Shown piece after piece: positions 14,147-25,556 of a DNA stretch of 64,000 nt. The position numbers and the translations under genes are program-made. Under the pieces are notes generated by a model, which saw nothing but the letters and a program-made list of their open reading frames with translations, made no database searches and was not told where the DNA came from. Position 1 is the stretch's first letter, and each line of letters starts with the position of its first letter. Source of the DNA: Polyangiales bacterium (GTDB lineage: Bacteria; Myxococcota_A; Polyangia; Polyangiales; Ga0077539); NCBI GenBank assembly GCA_044229975.1, contig JBGARZ010000001.1:352001-416000 (forward strand), given 5' to 3'.

Positions 14147-14261
14147 GGCGCGGCGGGATACCATGCAACGCGCGACGCGCGAAGGGACGGCCGGGCGGCG
14201 CTGACCGCGGTCGCCGGGAAGTGGAGCGCGGGGCCTCGACGGCGTAGAGAGGGAGGCGTCC

Positions 14262-15014
14262 ATGTGCAGGTTGCTGGCAGTGGTGCGATCGGGGCGGAGC
14301 GGCTGGCGGCAGCGCCTCGTCGACGCGCCACGGAGCCTGCGCAGCCTGTCGCGGGAGCATCCTCATGGGTGGGGCGTCGCCGTGCATACGACGGACGGCG
14401 GGTGGTCCGTCGATCGGCAGCCGCGGGCGGCCTTCGACGACGAGGGCTTCGCGGTCGCCGCCGAGCGGTCGGGCACGGTGCTGCTCGCGCACGTCCGGCA
14501 AGGGACCGTCGGCGCAGTGGCGACGCACAACACGCACCCGTTTCGTCGCGGTCGGTGGGTGTTCATGCACAACGGCACCATCGAGTCGGTGGCGTGGATG
14601 CGCGAGCGCGCGTCGGCGTCGCGGCTCGACGAGGTCGAGGGGCAGACCGACAGCGAACAGCTCTTCGCGTGGCTGCTCAGCCGACTCGACGAGGCTGCTC
14701 TCACCGACGCGCCGTGCGGTGAGGAGACCGACCGCGTGATCGCCGACGCGATGCGCGAGGCGCGCGCGGCGAAGGGCAGCGGGGCCATCAACGTGGTGCT
14801 GTCCGACGGCGACACGGTGTACGCGCATCGCTGGGGGCGGACGTTGTTCTTGCGCGCGAGCGATGACGGCGGGGTGGTGTCGGTGGCGTCGGAGCCCGAC
14901 GACGGCGACCCGACGTGGCGCGAGATCGCCGAGGGCAGCCTGCTGCGACTTGACCGTACACCGACGGTGCGTTGGTCACTGATCGAAGGCGCGTTCGCCA
15001 TCAAGAGAGGTTGA
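14262..15014 (+). CDS. Class II glutamine amidotransferase (YafJ/EgtC-like Ntn hydrolase)
   Basis: N-terminal MCRLL, HPHGWG, AHVR, NTHPF, FMHNG, GQTDSE, VASEP. Confidence 0.9.
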   Translation: MCRLLAVVRSGRSGWRQRLVDAPRSLRSLSREHPHGWGVAVHTTDGGWSVDRQPRAAFDDEGFAVAAERSGTVLLAHVRQGTVGAVATHNTHPFRRGRWVFMHNGTIESVAWMRERASASRLDEVEGQTDSEQLFAWLLSRLDEAALTDAPCGEETDRVIADAMREARAAKGSGAINVVLSDGDTVYAHRWGRTLFLRASDDGGVVSVASEPDDGDPTWREIAEGSLLRLDRTPTVRWSLIEGAFAIKRG

Positions 15015-15045
15015 ACAATTCTCCATCGGCGTGTCTGATCCTCCG

Positions 15046-17868
15046 ATGAGACGACGTCCCGTCCTCGTCGGGCTCCTCGCCCTGGCTTCCTGCTCCGACA
15101 ACACCACGACGACCAACGACGCCGGGCGCGCCGATGGCGGCACGGTGACCCGCGACGTGGGCCCCGTGAGCGACGGCCCCGTCAACGCGCTGCCCGTCCG
15201 CGAGACCACCCGGCTGCCCGGCCTCGATGGGCCCGTCGACGTCGCGACCGACCGCTTCGGCTGGTCCAACGTTCGCGCCACGACGCTGCGCGACGCGGTC
15301 TATGTGCAGGGTTACCTCCAGGCCCGCGAGCGCATGGCGCAGATGGACGTCCTCCGTCGGCTCGCGTCGGGCACGCTCGGCGACCGCTTCGGCGTGGTCT
15401 CGCGCGACGCCATCGCGTCGGACCTCGCCTTTCGCGTCGTGGGCCTGCGGCGCGCCGCCACGGCGATGTGGGCCCAGCTCCAGGCGGGCCCCGACGTCCG
15501 CACGCGCACGGCGCTGACCTCCTTCACGGCGGGCGTGAACCAGTACCTCCGCGAGCTGCGCGCGCGCCGCGTCGACGCGCCGCCGAGCACCGAGCTCGTC
15601 CTCGACGAGACCACCCCCGACTGGACCGAGGTCGACTCGCTCGTCATCGGCCGCTACCAGTCATACTCGCTCTCGTATTCGGCCGACACGGAGGTCGCCA
15701 ACTCGCTGCTCATCGACCGGGTGCGCACCGTCTTCGGCATGGCCGACGCGACCGCCCAGCCCGCGCGCTACGCCCGCCGCGACATGGCCCAGGACGTCCT
15801 GCTGTGGCGGCCGCCGTCCGACACCGCGGTGCTGCCCGACTTCTTCCCCGCCACCACCGGGATGCCCCAGGTGTTTCGCCCCGCGGTGCAGCGGCCGGTG
15901 CTGTCGCGCTCGGTCTACGATCGCGCGGCGCCCTTCCTGCGGCATGTGCGCGAGGGCTTCGCGGTGTGGGGCGACGAGAGCCGCGGGAGCAACAACTGGG
16001 TCGTGACGCCCGGCGCCACGCGCAACGGTCGGGCGCTGCTCGCCAACGACCCGCACCTCGCGCTGCGAGCGCCCGCCATCTGGTGGGGAACGCACCTCAC
16101 CGTCGTCGGTGGGCCCGACGCGCTCGACGTCGCGGGCACGACGTTTCCGGGTGTTCCGGGTGTGGTCATCGGGTTCAACCAGCGCATCGCCTGGGGCGTG
16201 ACGACGGCCTACTACGACGTCACGGACGTCTATCAGGAGACCATCACCGCGGGCGTCGGTGGGGCGCCCGACACGGTGCTCTTCAACGGCCGACAGGTGC
16301 CCATCGAGATCATCACCGAGCAGGTGCCCGACGGCGCGGGCGGCAACGTCGAGGCCCGCATCGAGGTGGTGCCGCACCACGGTCCCATCATCCCGGAGAT
16401 CGCCAACGGGCGCATCGTGCGACGCACCGCCAACCGCGCGCTCTCCATCCGCTGGACGGGGCACCAGGCGACCAACGAGTTCGGCACCTTCATGGGGCTC
16501 GCCTACGCGCGCAGCACCGACGAGGCCCGCACGGCCGTGGCGGGCTTCGGCGTGGGCGCGCAGAACTTCGTCTTCGCCGACGTCGACGGCAACACGGGGT
16601 ATGCCTCGTCGGCGGTCATCCCGCTGCGCGAGGCGGGCGCCCTCACCTGGCGCCTCGACAACCCGATGGGGACCAACCCCTGCACGGTGCTCCCGGGCAC
16701 CGGCGGGGCCGAGTGGTCGGGGACGGTTCCGGCGGCGCAGATTCCCAACGCGGTGGGCAGCGCGACGCGACCCTTCATCGTCACGGGCAACAACGATCAG
16801 ACGGGGCAGACGCGCGACGGCAACCCCTTCGACGCGACCGTGTACCTCGGGTGCGGCTATGCCTCGGGCTGGCGCGCCGAGCGCATCACCCAGCGGCTCA
16901 CGGCGCTCAATGGCCAGGCCACCGTGGAGGACATGCAGTCGGTGCAGGGCGACCACACGGTGCTGGCGGGCGGCCGCTTCCGCACCCACTTCATGGCGGC
17001 GTTTGCCCGGCTGGAGCAGGAGTGGACGACCCCCGGGACACACGCCGACCTCCGCGCGGTGGCGGTCGCGTTGCAGCCCCGCGCGGCGCGGCTGCGGGAC
17101 GCCGCGATGCGGGTGCAGGCGTGGTCGCTCGACGGCGCGTCTGGCGCTGAGGCCGACGCGACCGACGCGCAGAAGCGTGACTCCGTCGCCACCACGATCT
17201 TCCACGGCTGGATATCCCGCGCGTTGCGGGGAACCTTCAGCGACGAGACCGCGCTGTTGCAGGGCGGCGGCTTCGACTCCATCCGCGCGCTGCTCCATCT
17301 GCTCGAACACCCATCGGAGCTGCGGGCTCGCGACGTATCAGGTCAGAGCGTGCTCTGGGACGACATCGCCACCAACGACGTGACCGAGTCGCGGGACATG
17401 ATCCTCGTGCGCTCCCTCGACGACGCCCTCACCGACCTTGAGCGCCTCACCATGACCGCCGAGTTCGATCGTTGGCTGTGGGGCCCCCTCCACGCCGTGC
17501 GCTTCTCGTCCCTCATTCCGGGCACCGACGCGACGCTCTCCATTCCGCCGACGGGCGAGGCGATGTTCCCGAGGGGCTTTCCGCGGCCGGGGGGCATCGA
17601 TGTCGTCGATGCGTCGGGGCCGGGCCTCGGTGGGAGCAACTACACCTTCGGCTCGGGTGCCTCGCAGCGCTTCACCGTCGAACTCGGCACGGACGGTCCC
17701 CGCGCCTTCAATGCCCTCCCGGGCGGCCAATCAATTGACACCGGGTCTGTCCACTTTCGGGACGAAGCTGAGCTCTGGCGAACCAACCGGACTCACGCCG
17801 TGCCGTTTCGGGAGGCCGATGTCGCCGCCGAAGCAGGGATTCGTTGGCGATTCGAGCCTGTACCTTGA
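15046..17868 (+). CDS. Penicillin acylase family (Ntn) lipoprotein
   Basis: Lipobox LALASC; QGY.QA.ER..QMD; catalytic GSNNW; LLANDPHL; GFNQRIAWG; PGGQS. Confidence 0.92.
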   Translation: MRRRPVLVGLLALASCSDNTTTTNDAGRADGGTVTRDVGPVSDGPVNALPVRETTRLPGLDGPVDVATDRFGWSNVRATTLRDAVYVQGYLQARERMAQMDVLRRLASGTLGDRFGVVSRDAIASDLAFRVVGLRRAATAMWAQLQAGPDVRTRTALTSFTAGVNQYLRELRARRVDAPPSTELVLDETTPDWTEVDSLVIGRYQSYSLSYSADTEVANSLLIDRVRTVFGMADATAQPARYARRDMAQDVLLWRPPSDTAVLPDFFPATTGMPQVFRPAVQRPVLSRSVYDRAAPFLRHVREGFAVWGDESRGSNNWVVTPGATRNGRALLANDPHLALRAPAIWWGTHLTVVGGPDALDVAGTTFPGVPGVVIGFNQRIAWGVTTAYYDVTDVYQETITAGVGGAPDTVLFNGRQVPIEIITEQVPDGAGGNVEARIEVVPHHGPIIPEIANGRIVRRTANRALSIRWTGHQATNEFGTFMGLAYARSTDEARTAVAGFGVGAQNFVFADVDGNTGYASSAVIPLREAGALTWRLDNPMGTNPCTVLPGTGGAEWSGTVPAAQIPNAVGSATRPFIVTGNNDQTGQTRDGNPFDATVYLGCGYASGWRAERITQRLTALNGQATVEDMQSVQGDHTVLAGGRFRTHFMAAFARLEQEWTTPGTHADLRAVAVALQPRAARLRDAAMRVQAWSLDGASGAEADATDAQKRDSVATTIFHGWISRALRGTFSDETALLQGGGFDSIRALLHLLEHPSELRARDVSGQSVLWDDIATNDVTESRDMILVRSLDDALTDLERLTMTAEFDRWLWGPLHAVRFSSLIPGTDATLSIPPTGEAMFPRGFPRPGGIDVVDASGPGLGGSNYTFGSGASQRFTVELGTDGPRAFNALPGGQSIDTGSVHFRDEAELWRTNRTHAVPFREADVAAEAGIRWRFEPVP

Positions 17869-17945
17869 ACAATCTTTCCGGACTTTAGCCACATGTGTTG
17901 GTCCATTGACATCGCAGGGAGCCATAGGGTCATCTGGAGACTGGA

Positions 17946-19166
17946 ATGACGGAATCCGACGACAACCTCCCGGTTCTGGGTCTTGTGCGGCCCGACCCCG
18001 TTCGGGCGACCTTGCGCATGACCAGCCAGGGAAAGATCGTCGGTCATCACCCCAGCATTCGCGAGGTCTTGAGCACGGTCGAGCATGTGGCAAAGGCCAA
18101 TTGCACGGTGCTGGTGACGGGGGAGAGCGGCACCGGCAAGGAGCTGGTGGTGGCGGCCCTCCACGACGCCTCGCTGCGCTCGAAGGGCCCGGTGGTGACG
18201 GTCAACTGCGCGGCCATCCCGCAGTCCCTCATCGAGGCGCACCTGTTTGGTCACGTGAAGGGCGCATTTACCGGCGCGGCGACGTCGAACCAGGGCATGG
18301 TCGCCGCCGCCGAGGGAGGCACCCTCTTCTTCGACGAAATTGGCGAGCTTCCACCGTTGATGCAGGTGAAGCTCCTGCGGCTCTTGCAGCAGCGCGAGTA
18401 CATCCCCGTGGGGGATTTCAAGACCGTGCGCTGCGACATCCGGGTGGTGGCGGCGACCAATCGTGACCTGGAGACGGAGGTCGCCGCGGGGCGCTTCCGC
18501 GAAGATCTCTTCTATCGCCTCAACGTGGTGCATCTCCACCTGCCCACGCTGCGCCAGCGGGGCGGGGACATCGAGCTCCTCGCGATGCACTTCCTTCGGA
18601 CGGTGACCGCGCGCAGCAACCGGGTGACGCCGTCGAGCATCGAGCCCGTCGCGATGAAGGCCCTCACGTCGTACGCGTGGCCGGGCAACATTCGCGAGCT
18701 CGAAAACGCCATCGAGCGCGCCGTGCTGCTGGCCCCCGGCGCGATGGTGACCCTGACCGACCTGCCACAGAGGGTTCGCGACGGCCTCCGTCCGACGCCG
18801 GCGCCGCCGATGCCCGTCGAGCAGAGCGTTCTACCGCCAGCTCCCGTCGACACGGGCCGGGGGCGCTCGTCCTTCCCGGAGCCTCCTTCGCCGCCCGAGC
18901 CGCTGCCCCGCCAGCGCATCGTCGACACGGGTGACGTGATTCCGCCGTACCCGCCGATGCCTGCGAAGGTGGTGTCACCCTTCGCGCCTCCGTTGTTGCC
19001 CGAGGAGGGGCTCGACCTCCAGGCCACGGTGGAGAGCTTCGAAAACGCCCTCATCGTCCAGGCGCTTCGGCGTACGTCCAACAACAAGAACCGCGCGGCT
19101 CAGCTCCTCCAGATGAACCGCACGACCCTCATCGAGAAGATCCGCCGCAAGCGCCTCGACGTGTAG
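17946..19166 (+). CDS. Sigma54-dependent transcriptional activator with no N-terminal sensor domain
   Basis: GESGTGKEL, GAFTGA, FFDEIGE, FREDLFYRLNV, WPGNIREL, C-terminal Fis-type HTH. Confidence 0.93.
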   Translation: MTESDDNLPVLGLVRPDPVRATLRMTSQGKIVGHHPSIREVLSTVEHVAKANCTVLVTGESGTGKELVVAALHDASLRSKGPVVTVNCAAIPQSLIEAHLFGHVKGAFTGAATSNQGMVAAAEGGTLFFDEIGELPPLMQVKLLRLLQQREYIPVGDFKTVRCDIRVVAATNRDLETEVAAGRFREDLFYRLNVVHLHLPTLRQRGGDIELLAMHFLRTVTARSNRVTPSSIEPVAMKALTSYAWPGNIRELENAIERAVLLAPGAMVTLTDLPQRVRDGLRPTPAPPMPVEQSVLPPAPVDTGRGRSSFPEPPSPPEPLPRQRIVDTGDVIPPYPPMPAKVVSPFAPPLLPEEGLDLQATVESFENALIVQALRRTSNNKNRAAQLLQMNRTTLIEKIRRKRLDV

Positions 19167-19214
19167 GTAGTGCTTCGGGTCGGGCGCCGTGTGGGCTTAG
19201 ACTCCCGGGCCGAC

Positions 19215-20093
19215 ATGATGGGCAACTCTCGCGGGCTCGTGGTGATGTGTCTATTGCTGGTGGGGGCCTGCAAGAGCGGTCCTCCCACGCTGCCCCCAAA
19301 CCCCCCGACGGAGGCGCCCCAGGGGCTCGATCTCGCGCCCGAGCGCATCCGCCGCGGGTCGTCCGCCAGCACCGGGTCGGGGGTGGACACCGACCGGCCC
19401 GAAGGGGTGGTGCGCACCGCGGTGTTGCGCCATCGGGAGGCCATTCGCGGGTGCTACGAGCGGGTGCTCCCGGCCTCGCCCGACGCGGCGGGTCGCATCG
19501 ATCTGAGCTTCGTGGTCGAGGTCAACGGCAACGTGTTCGACGCGGCGGCGGAGACCGATGCCCCGGCGCTGCGGCCGGCGCGCGAGTGCATCCTCGCCAT
19601 CGTGCGACCGCTGCGCATCGAAGGGGTGCGGCACCCGCTGCGCGTGACCTTCCCGATACAGTTCGAGAACACCCCGTTGGAGCTGACGGTGCCCGAGGTG
19701 GTGCTCTTCCCGCGCATGCGCATCCCGGGCGCGGACAGCATCGCCGCGATCGTGCGCGCGGGGTCGGGCAACCTCACCAGCGACGAGGCCGCGGCGGTGC
19801 TGTCGCTCCGCACCAACGATCACCTCAACTGCTACCTCCCGCTCCTGCGCGAGCGCACGACGCGACGGGCGGAGGGCTCGGCCCGCTTCTCTCTCGCGGT
19901 GAACCCCGATGGGACCATCGGCGAGGTCTTCCTCGGGCCGCTCGACGAGCCGGTGCGGGCGAGCGGCGAGTGCCACATGAACCTCCTGCGCGCGGCGCAG
20001 ATGCGGGCCACGGGTCGGCGCGCGACCATCGCGGTGACCTTCGCGATGCGCCCGCAGGAGGAGCCCACCCCCGCGCCCGCGCCGAGGCGCTGA
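19215..20093 (+). CDS. Lipoprotein with two TonB-C/AgmX-PglI-like domains
   Basis: Lipobox LVGAC; two repeats of CY..L......G...F.V..G.V. Confidence 0.65.
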   Translation: MMGNSRGLVVMCLLLVGACKSGPPTLPPNPPTEAPQGLDLAPERIRRGSSASTGSGVDTDRPEGVVRTAVLRHREAIRGCYERVLPASPDAAGRIDLSFVVEVNGNVFDAAAETDAPALRPARECILAIVRPLRIEGVRHPLRVTFPIQFENTPLELTVPEVVLFPRMRIPGADSIAAIVRAGSGNLTSDEAAAVLSLRTNDHLNCYLPLLRERTTRRAEGSARFSLAVNPDGTIGEVFLGPLDEPVRASGECHMNLLRAAQMRATGRRATIAVTFAMRPQEEPTPAPAPRR

Positions 20094-20162
20094 GCGGCGC
20101 CAGCGCTCGACAGGTGCCCCCGCGTCGGGGTATCGCCGACGCCCAACGGAGGAATCGAGACG

Positions 20163-20675
20163 ATGCACAAGTTCAGCGTGACCCACGAGTTTGCCTGCAC
20201 CCCGGCGACGTTCTGGAAGCTCAACTTCGACCGCGAGGTCAACGAGACGCTCTACAAGACCGTGCTGCGCTTCCCCGACTACACCGTGTCCGAGCTGCGT
20301 GACACCGACGCGGAGATCTTCCGTCGCACCGTCGCGACCCCGAAGATGGACCTCCCCGCCGCCGTCCAGAAGGTGCTCGGCGCGAACTTCAAGTACACGG
20401 AGGAGACGACCTTCGACAAGAAGGCCGGGCGCGCGACCTTCAAGGGCATCCCGAGCACCATGGCCGACAAGCTCACGACCAACGGAGTGATGAAGGTCGA
20501 GGCCGTGGGCGCCGACCGCAGCCGCCGCGTGGTGGAGTTCACCGTCGACGCGAAGGTCATGCTCGTGGGTGGCCTGCTGGAGCAGACCGCCGAGAAGCAG
20601 ATGCGCGACGCCTACGACAAGAACGCGACGTTCTTGAACAAGTGGATCACCGAGCACGACCTCACGGGCAAGTGA
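20163..20675 (+). CDS. DUF2505-like (START/SRPBCC fold) protein
   Basis: GGAGGA RBS; 170 aa; LP..VQKVLG...YTEE, VGGLLE pattern. Confidence 0.7.
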   Translation: MHKFSVTHEFACTPATFWKLNFDREVNETLYKTVLRFPDYTVSELRDTDAEIFRRTVATPKMDLPAAVQKVLGANFKYTEETTFDKKAGRATFKGIPSTMADKLTTNGVMKVEAVGADRSRRVVEFTVDAKVMLVGGLLEQTAEKQMRDAYDKNATFLNKWITEHDLTGK

Positions 20676-20681
20676 CCTGAC

Positions 20682-22298
20682 TCAGCGCGGGCGCTCGGCG
20701 GACCACACCTCGGCGAGGGGTGACCCGTCGGGTTGCACGATGACCCGCTCGCGGCGCAGTCGCTCGAAGGTGGGCGAGCGCATGAGAGCGCGGAGCTGGA
20801 GGTAGTGGATGAGCTCCTCGGGTGGGCCGAAGGTCGGCCCGAGGAGCCCGTCGCTCCAGGTGACGAAGACGTGCAGGTGACCGGGGCGCGCGGGGAGCGG
20901 GGCCTTGGAGAGGTCGTGGCCCACGGCGGCGCCGCGGCGCAGCGCGAAGTGCAGCGGGTGCAGCGCATAGTCGGAGACGACCACCAGCGCCGGGCGTGAC
21001 CCGCGCAGGCGATCGACCTCGGCGCGCACGATGTCGACCAGGGCCACGCGCTCACGCGGAGACTTCCACCCGCGATACCCGCCGCCGCCCGCGAGCACCC
21101 AGAAGCCCGCATCGGGTGATCCTCCGGAGAGGAAGAAGCGCGCGGCGCGCAGCGTCGGGGAGCACGCGAGGTAGAGCGCCACGACGAAGGGGAGCGCGCG
21201 GAGGCGGGCGGAGCGGTCTTCGGCGAGCGCCGCCAGGGCGAGGACGAAGGGCGCGAGCGTGACGAAGAGGTAGCGCTCGGCGTCGATGGCGGGGAGGTTC
21301 CAGGGGCGCGCGGGGGCGAGCAGCAGGGGGAGGCCGACGAGGGCCACGACGAGGTGGATGCGCGCGAAGCGGACGAGGTCGTGCGCGACGGGTTCGCGCG
21401 ACGCGGAGCGCAGCGCGACGGCGACGAGGGCCAGCAGGGCGAGGGCGAGCGCCCACTCCAGCGGACGCGGAACGGTCTCGCCGGTGAAGTGGCGGAGGGT
21501 GGCCTCGCCGGTCCAACCGCCGCCGACGGAGAGCGCGAAGACGTGGAGCCTCGCGCCGAGGTGGACGAACCACCGCATGGGCGAGAGCGACCGCTGCGCG
21601 ACGACGCCGGCGGCGCCGTAGAGCACCGGGACGACGTGCAGCGAGGCGAGCGCGGCGGCGACCCAGGCGGCGGGTCGACGCAAGAGCGCGCGGTGGGTGG
21701 TGGCCCCGACGAACACCACCGACGCGACGATGGGGACGAGCGCGAGCGGAGAGAAATGGATGCCGAGCGCGAGGCACTGCGCGGCCACGACGAGGGTGAG
21801 CGCCGAGCCGGTGCGAGCGGCCAGCAGGACGAGCAGCGGGCCGAGCACCGAGAGGCCGAGCGAGAGCGCATAGGGGACCGTCACCGAGCGGCTCCAGAGC
21901 ACCGCCCACGGGTGCACCGCGAGCAGGGCGGCGACGACGAGGGCGCCGCGGCGCAGGCCGAGGCGACGGGCGACGAGGGACGAGGCGACGAGGCAGAGGG
22001 CGAGGCCGACGACGAGCACCGCGCGGGCGCTCGCGAAGGAGACGCCGAGGGCGCGGTACGAGAGGGCGATGAGGCGCGCGAAGAGGGTGCTGACGAAGCG
22101 CGCGTCGGGGGTCATGCGCGGGGCGTGGCCGTCGAGCACGTCGAGGCCGAAGAGGGTCCAGTTGCCCTCGTCGTTGCAGGGGTTGGGCAGCGCGCCGAGC
22201 CAGGGCAAGCGCAGCGCGAGGGCGACGGTGACGAGGGCAGCGAGGGCGATCCACCAGCGGGCGGACGGGCGCGGTGAGGGTGTCGACGCGGGGTCCAC
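20682..22298 (-). CDS. GT-C fold (ArnT/PMT-like) integral membrane glycosyltransferase
   Basis: Acidic DE motif in the first loop (LRLPWL..NDEGNW), many TM helices, SR and ERY motifs. Confidence 0.6.
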   Translation of the reverse strand: MDPASTPSPRPSARWWIALAALVTVALALRLPWLGALPNPCNDEGNWTLFGLDVLDGHAPRMTPDARFVSTLFARLIALSYRALGVSFASARAVLVVGLALCLVASSLVARRLGLRRGALVVAALLAVHPWAVLWSRSVTVPYALSLGLSVLGPLLVLLAARTGSALTLVVAAQCLALGIHFSPLALVPIVASVVFVGATTHRALLRRPAAWVAAALASLHVVPVLYGAAGVVAQRSLSPMRWFVHLGARLHVFALSVGGGWTGEATLRHFTGETVPRPLEWALALALLALVAVALRSASREPVAHDLVRFARIHLVVALVGLPLLLAPARPWNLPAIDAERYLFVTLAPFVLALAALAEDRSARLRALPFVVALYLACSPTLRAARFFLSGGSPDAGFWVLAGGGGYRGWKSPRERVALVDIVRAEVDRLRGSRPALVVVSDYALHPLHFALRRGAAVGHDLSKAPLPARPGHLHVFVTWSDGLLGPTFGPPEELIHYLQLRALMRSPTFERLRRERVIVQPDGSPLAEVWSAERPR

Positions 22299-22355
22299 TG
22301 GGCGCGCGGAGGATACGTTGCCAGCCGCGACACCCCGCGGGCATAGTTACCGCCG

Positions 22356-23813
22356 ATGGGCGAGCGGGTCTGGGGCGATGCCCGCGAGCGAGCGGTGGCG
22401 GGTGGGGTCGTCGCGCTCGCCCTGGCGCTGCGGCTGCCGTGGCTCGGCGCGATGCCGACGCCGTGCGGCGACGAGGGCAACTGGCCGCTGCTGGGCCTCT
22501 CCCTCTCGCGGGGATTGCCGGCTTCATTGCCTCCCGACGCGGGCTTCGTCTCGACGGCCTTTGCGTGGCTCATCGCGGGGTCGTTTCGGGTGTTCGGCCC
22601 GTCGTTCATGGCGGCGCGGCTGGTGCTCGTGGTGGGGCTCATCGGGTGTGCGCTGGGTGGCGCCCGGCTGCTGCGCCGGGGCCCTGCGGTGGCCTTCGCG
22701 GCGGTGTTGCTGTTGCACCCGTGGTCGGTCGCGTGGTCGCGCACGGCGAGCGTTCCGTATGCGCTCTCGCTCGGCCTGGGCGCGCTCGGTTGTGTCGCGT
22801 GGTGGTCAGCCCTGGGGGCTCGGTCGACGATGGGTACGCTCCTCGCCGCGCAGTGCCTCGGCGTGAGCTTCCACTTCTCACCGCTCGCCGCGCTGCCCGC
22901 CCTCACCTGCGCGCTGTGGACCCTCGCGCCCGGTCAGCGATGGGCGCTCCGCTGGCCCGCGCTCTGGGCCTCCGCCGTCGCGGGAGCTCTGCATCTGGTG
23001 CCGCTGGTTCGCGGAGTGCTCGCCGTCCCGCGGGGCGCCGCGCACGACCACGGCGGTCGCGTCGTCGACGCCGCGCGCATGATGATCGGCGACCTGAGCG
23101 GCGCCTCCACGCTGCGACACTTCGCGGGCGTCACCGGCACGACCGAGGCGCTCGCGGGCGTCGCCTGGATCGCTCTCGCGGTCGTGAGCGCGCGGGCCGT
23201 GTGGCGCGAGTCGCTCGGGCGCTTCGCCGCGCTCGGGATCGCGGTGTCGGCGGTGGGTCTCCCGCTCATGCTGGCGCCAGCGCGCGCGTGGTCGATGCCC
23301 ACCATCGACGCCGACCGCTACGGCTTCGCGTTGCTCGTCCCGTGGGCCCTGTGGTGCGCCGCGTGGGCGCGCTCGCAGCCGAAGCGCGCGGCGGTGGGTG
23401 CAGGGGCGTTGGCGATGGTGATGACCGCGTTGATGACGTCGCACTTCCTTTGGGGAGGCGGGGCCGACCTCGGGCTCGACGTCGCGCGCGGTGGTGGGCG
23501 CTACCGAGGGTGGCAGGTCGCGCGGGAGAGGGTGGCGCTGCCTGTCCTGGTGCGGCGTGCGGTGCTCGACGACGCGAGGGGAGAGCCCGCGGTGGTGACG
23601 TGGGACGACTATGCGTTGCACCCGGTGCGCTTCGTCGACGTCGCGTCGGGTGACGACCGCGTACGGCACGCGTGGGTGGGCTCGCGACTGCCTGAAGGCC
23701 GGCGGGTCTATCGCGTGGTGAGCGGCGAGCGCGGGATTGCGGGGTGGCGACGGGTGCGACGGTGGACGATGGCTGATGGCTCACCGCTCGCGACGTTGTG
23801 GGCCAACGAGTGA
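22356..23813 (+). CDS. GT-C fold (ArnT/PMT-like) membrane protein, paralog of the divergent neighbour
   Basis: Shares LRLPWLGA.P.PC.DEGNW, HPW...WSR...PYALSLGL, HFSPLA, YRGW and DYALHP with 20682..22298. Confidence 0.6.
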   Translation: MGERVWGDARERAVAGGVVALALALRLPWLGAMPTPCGDEGNWPLLGLSLSRGLPASLPPDAGFVSTAFAWLIAGSFRVFGPSFMAARLVLVVGLIGCALGGARLLRRGPAVAFAAVLLLHPWSVAWSRTASVPYALSLGLGALGCVAWWSALGARSTMGTLLAAQCLGVSFHFSPLAALPALTCALWTLAPGQRWALRWPALWASAVAGALHLVPLVRGVLAVPRGAAHDHGGRVVDAARMMIGDLSGASTLRHFAGVTGTTEALAGVAWIALAVVSARAVWRESLGRFAALGIAVSAVGLPLMLAPARAWSMPTIDADRYGFALLVPWALWCAAWARSQPKRAAVGAGALAMVMTALMTSHFLWGGGADLGLDVARGGGRYRGWQVARERVALPVLVRRAVLDDARGEPAVVTWDDYALHPVRFVDVASGDDRVRHAWVGSRLPEGRRVYRVVSGERGIAGWRRVRRWTMADGSPLATLWANE

Positions 23814-23885
23814 CGGGCGGCGCAGGAGCGGAAATGGCCGCAAGGGCGCAAGGGTCGCAACGCGGAGAAGATGGTCAGCCGGAGG

Positions 23886-24664
23886 CTACTTGCCGGTCCA
23901 GACGGGGGCGCGCTTCTGGAGGAAGGCTGCGATGCCTTCGCGCGCGTCGTCCGTGCCGAGGAGGTCGGCGAGCGCGTCGCGCAGCATCGGGAGCGAGTGC
24001 TCCATCGCCATGTCGCCCTGGCGCGCCCAGGCCGCGAGCCCGCGGGTCATGGCCGTCGGCGAGCGCGTCGCGAGCTCACCCGCGAGCGTGTCCACCGTGG
24101 CGTCGAGCGCGTCGCCCGCGACCACCCGGTTGAGGAGCCCCACGCGCTGCCCGTCGGCCGCGGTCATCTTCTGCCCGAGCAGCATCATCTCCAAAAGCGG
24201 CCGCCGCGGAACGATTCGCGACAGCACCGCCATGATCATCATCGGAAACAATCCCCGGTGGATCTCCGGCGTGCCGAGCGTCGCGTCGTCGGCCGCCAGC
24301 GCGAAGTGCGACGCCGCCGCGAGCCCCAGCCCGCCGCCCATGCAGTTGCCGCGCACCTTCGCCACGATGGGCTTCGGCGATCGCACCATGGCCAGCAGCA
24401 GGTCGGCGTAGTCGCCGCGGAAGTCGAGCCCCTCGCCCGCGCCGGACATCTGCCCGATGTTGCCGCCCGCGCAGAAGTGACCGCCCGCCCCGGTGAGCAC
24501 GAGCACCCGCACATCCGCGTCGTCGGCCACCCGACCGAGCACGTGCAGGAGCTCGTTGGCCATCTCCGGGCCGATGGCGTTGCGCTTCTCGGGGACGTTG
24601 AGCGTCGCGGTCGCGATGGCGCCACCCTCGACCGCGCGCGTCTCGTACGTGAGCGTACGAAAGC

Positions 24665-24668
<4 letters not shown>
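23886..24668 (-). CDS. Enoyl-CoA hydratase/isomerase family protein
   Basis: LNVPEKRNAI, FCAGG, KPIVAKVRG..GGGLGL, GTPE..GL, DAREGIAAFLQKRAP.W. ATGA overlap with the upstream gene. Confidence 0.92.
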
Positions 24669-25525
<857 letters not shown>

Positions 25526-25556
25526 GTCGTCCTCTCGCGTCGGTGTGAGGGCCCCA

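Noticed and set aside
17906..17930. Sigma70 promoter TTGACA..TAGGGT before the sigma54 activator
   Set aside because: The spacer is only 13 nt.
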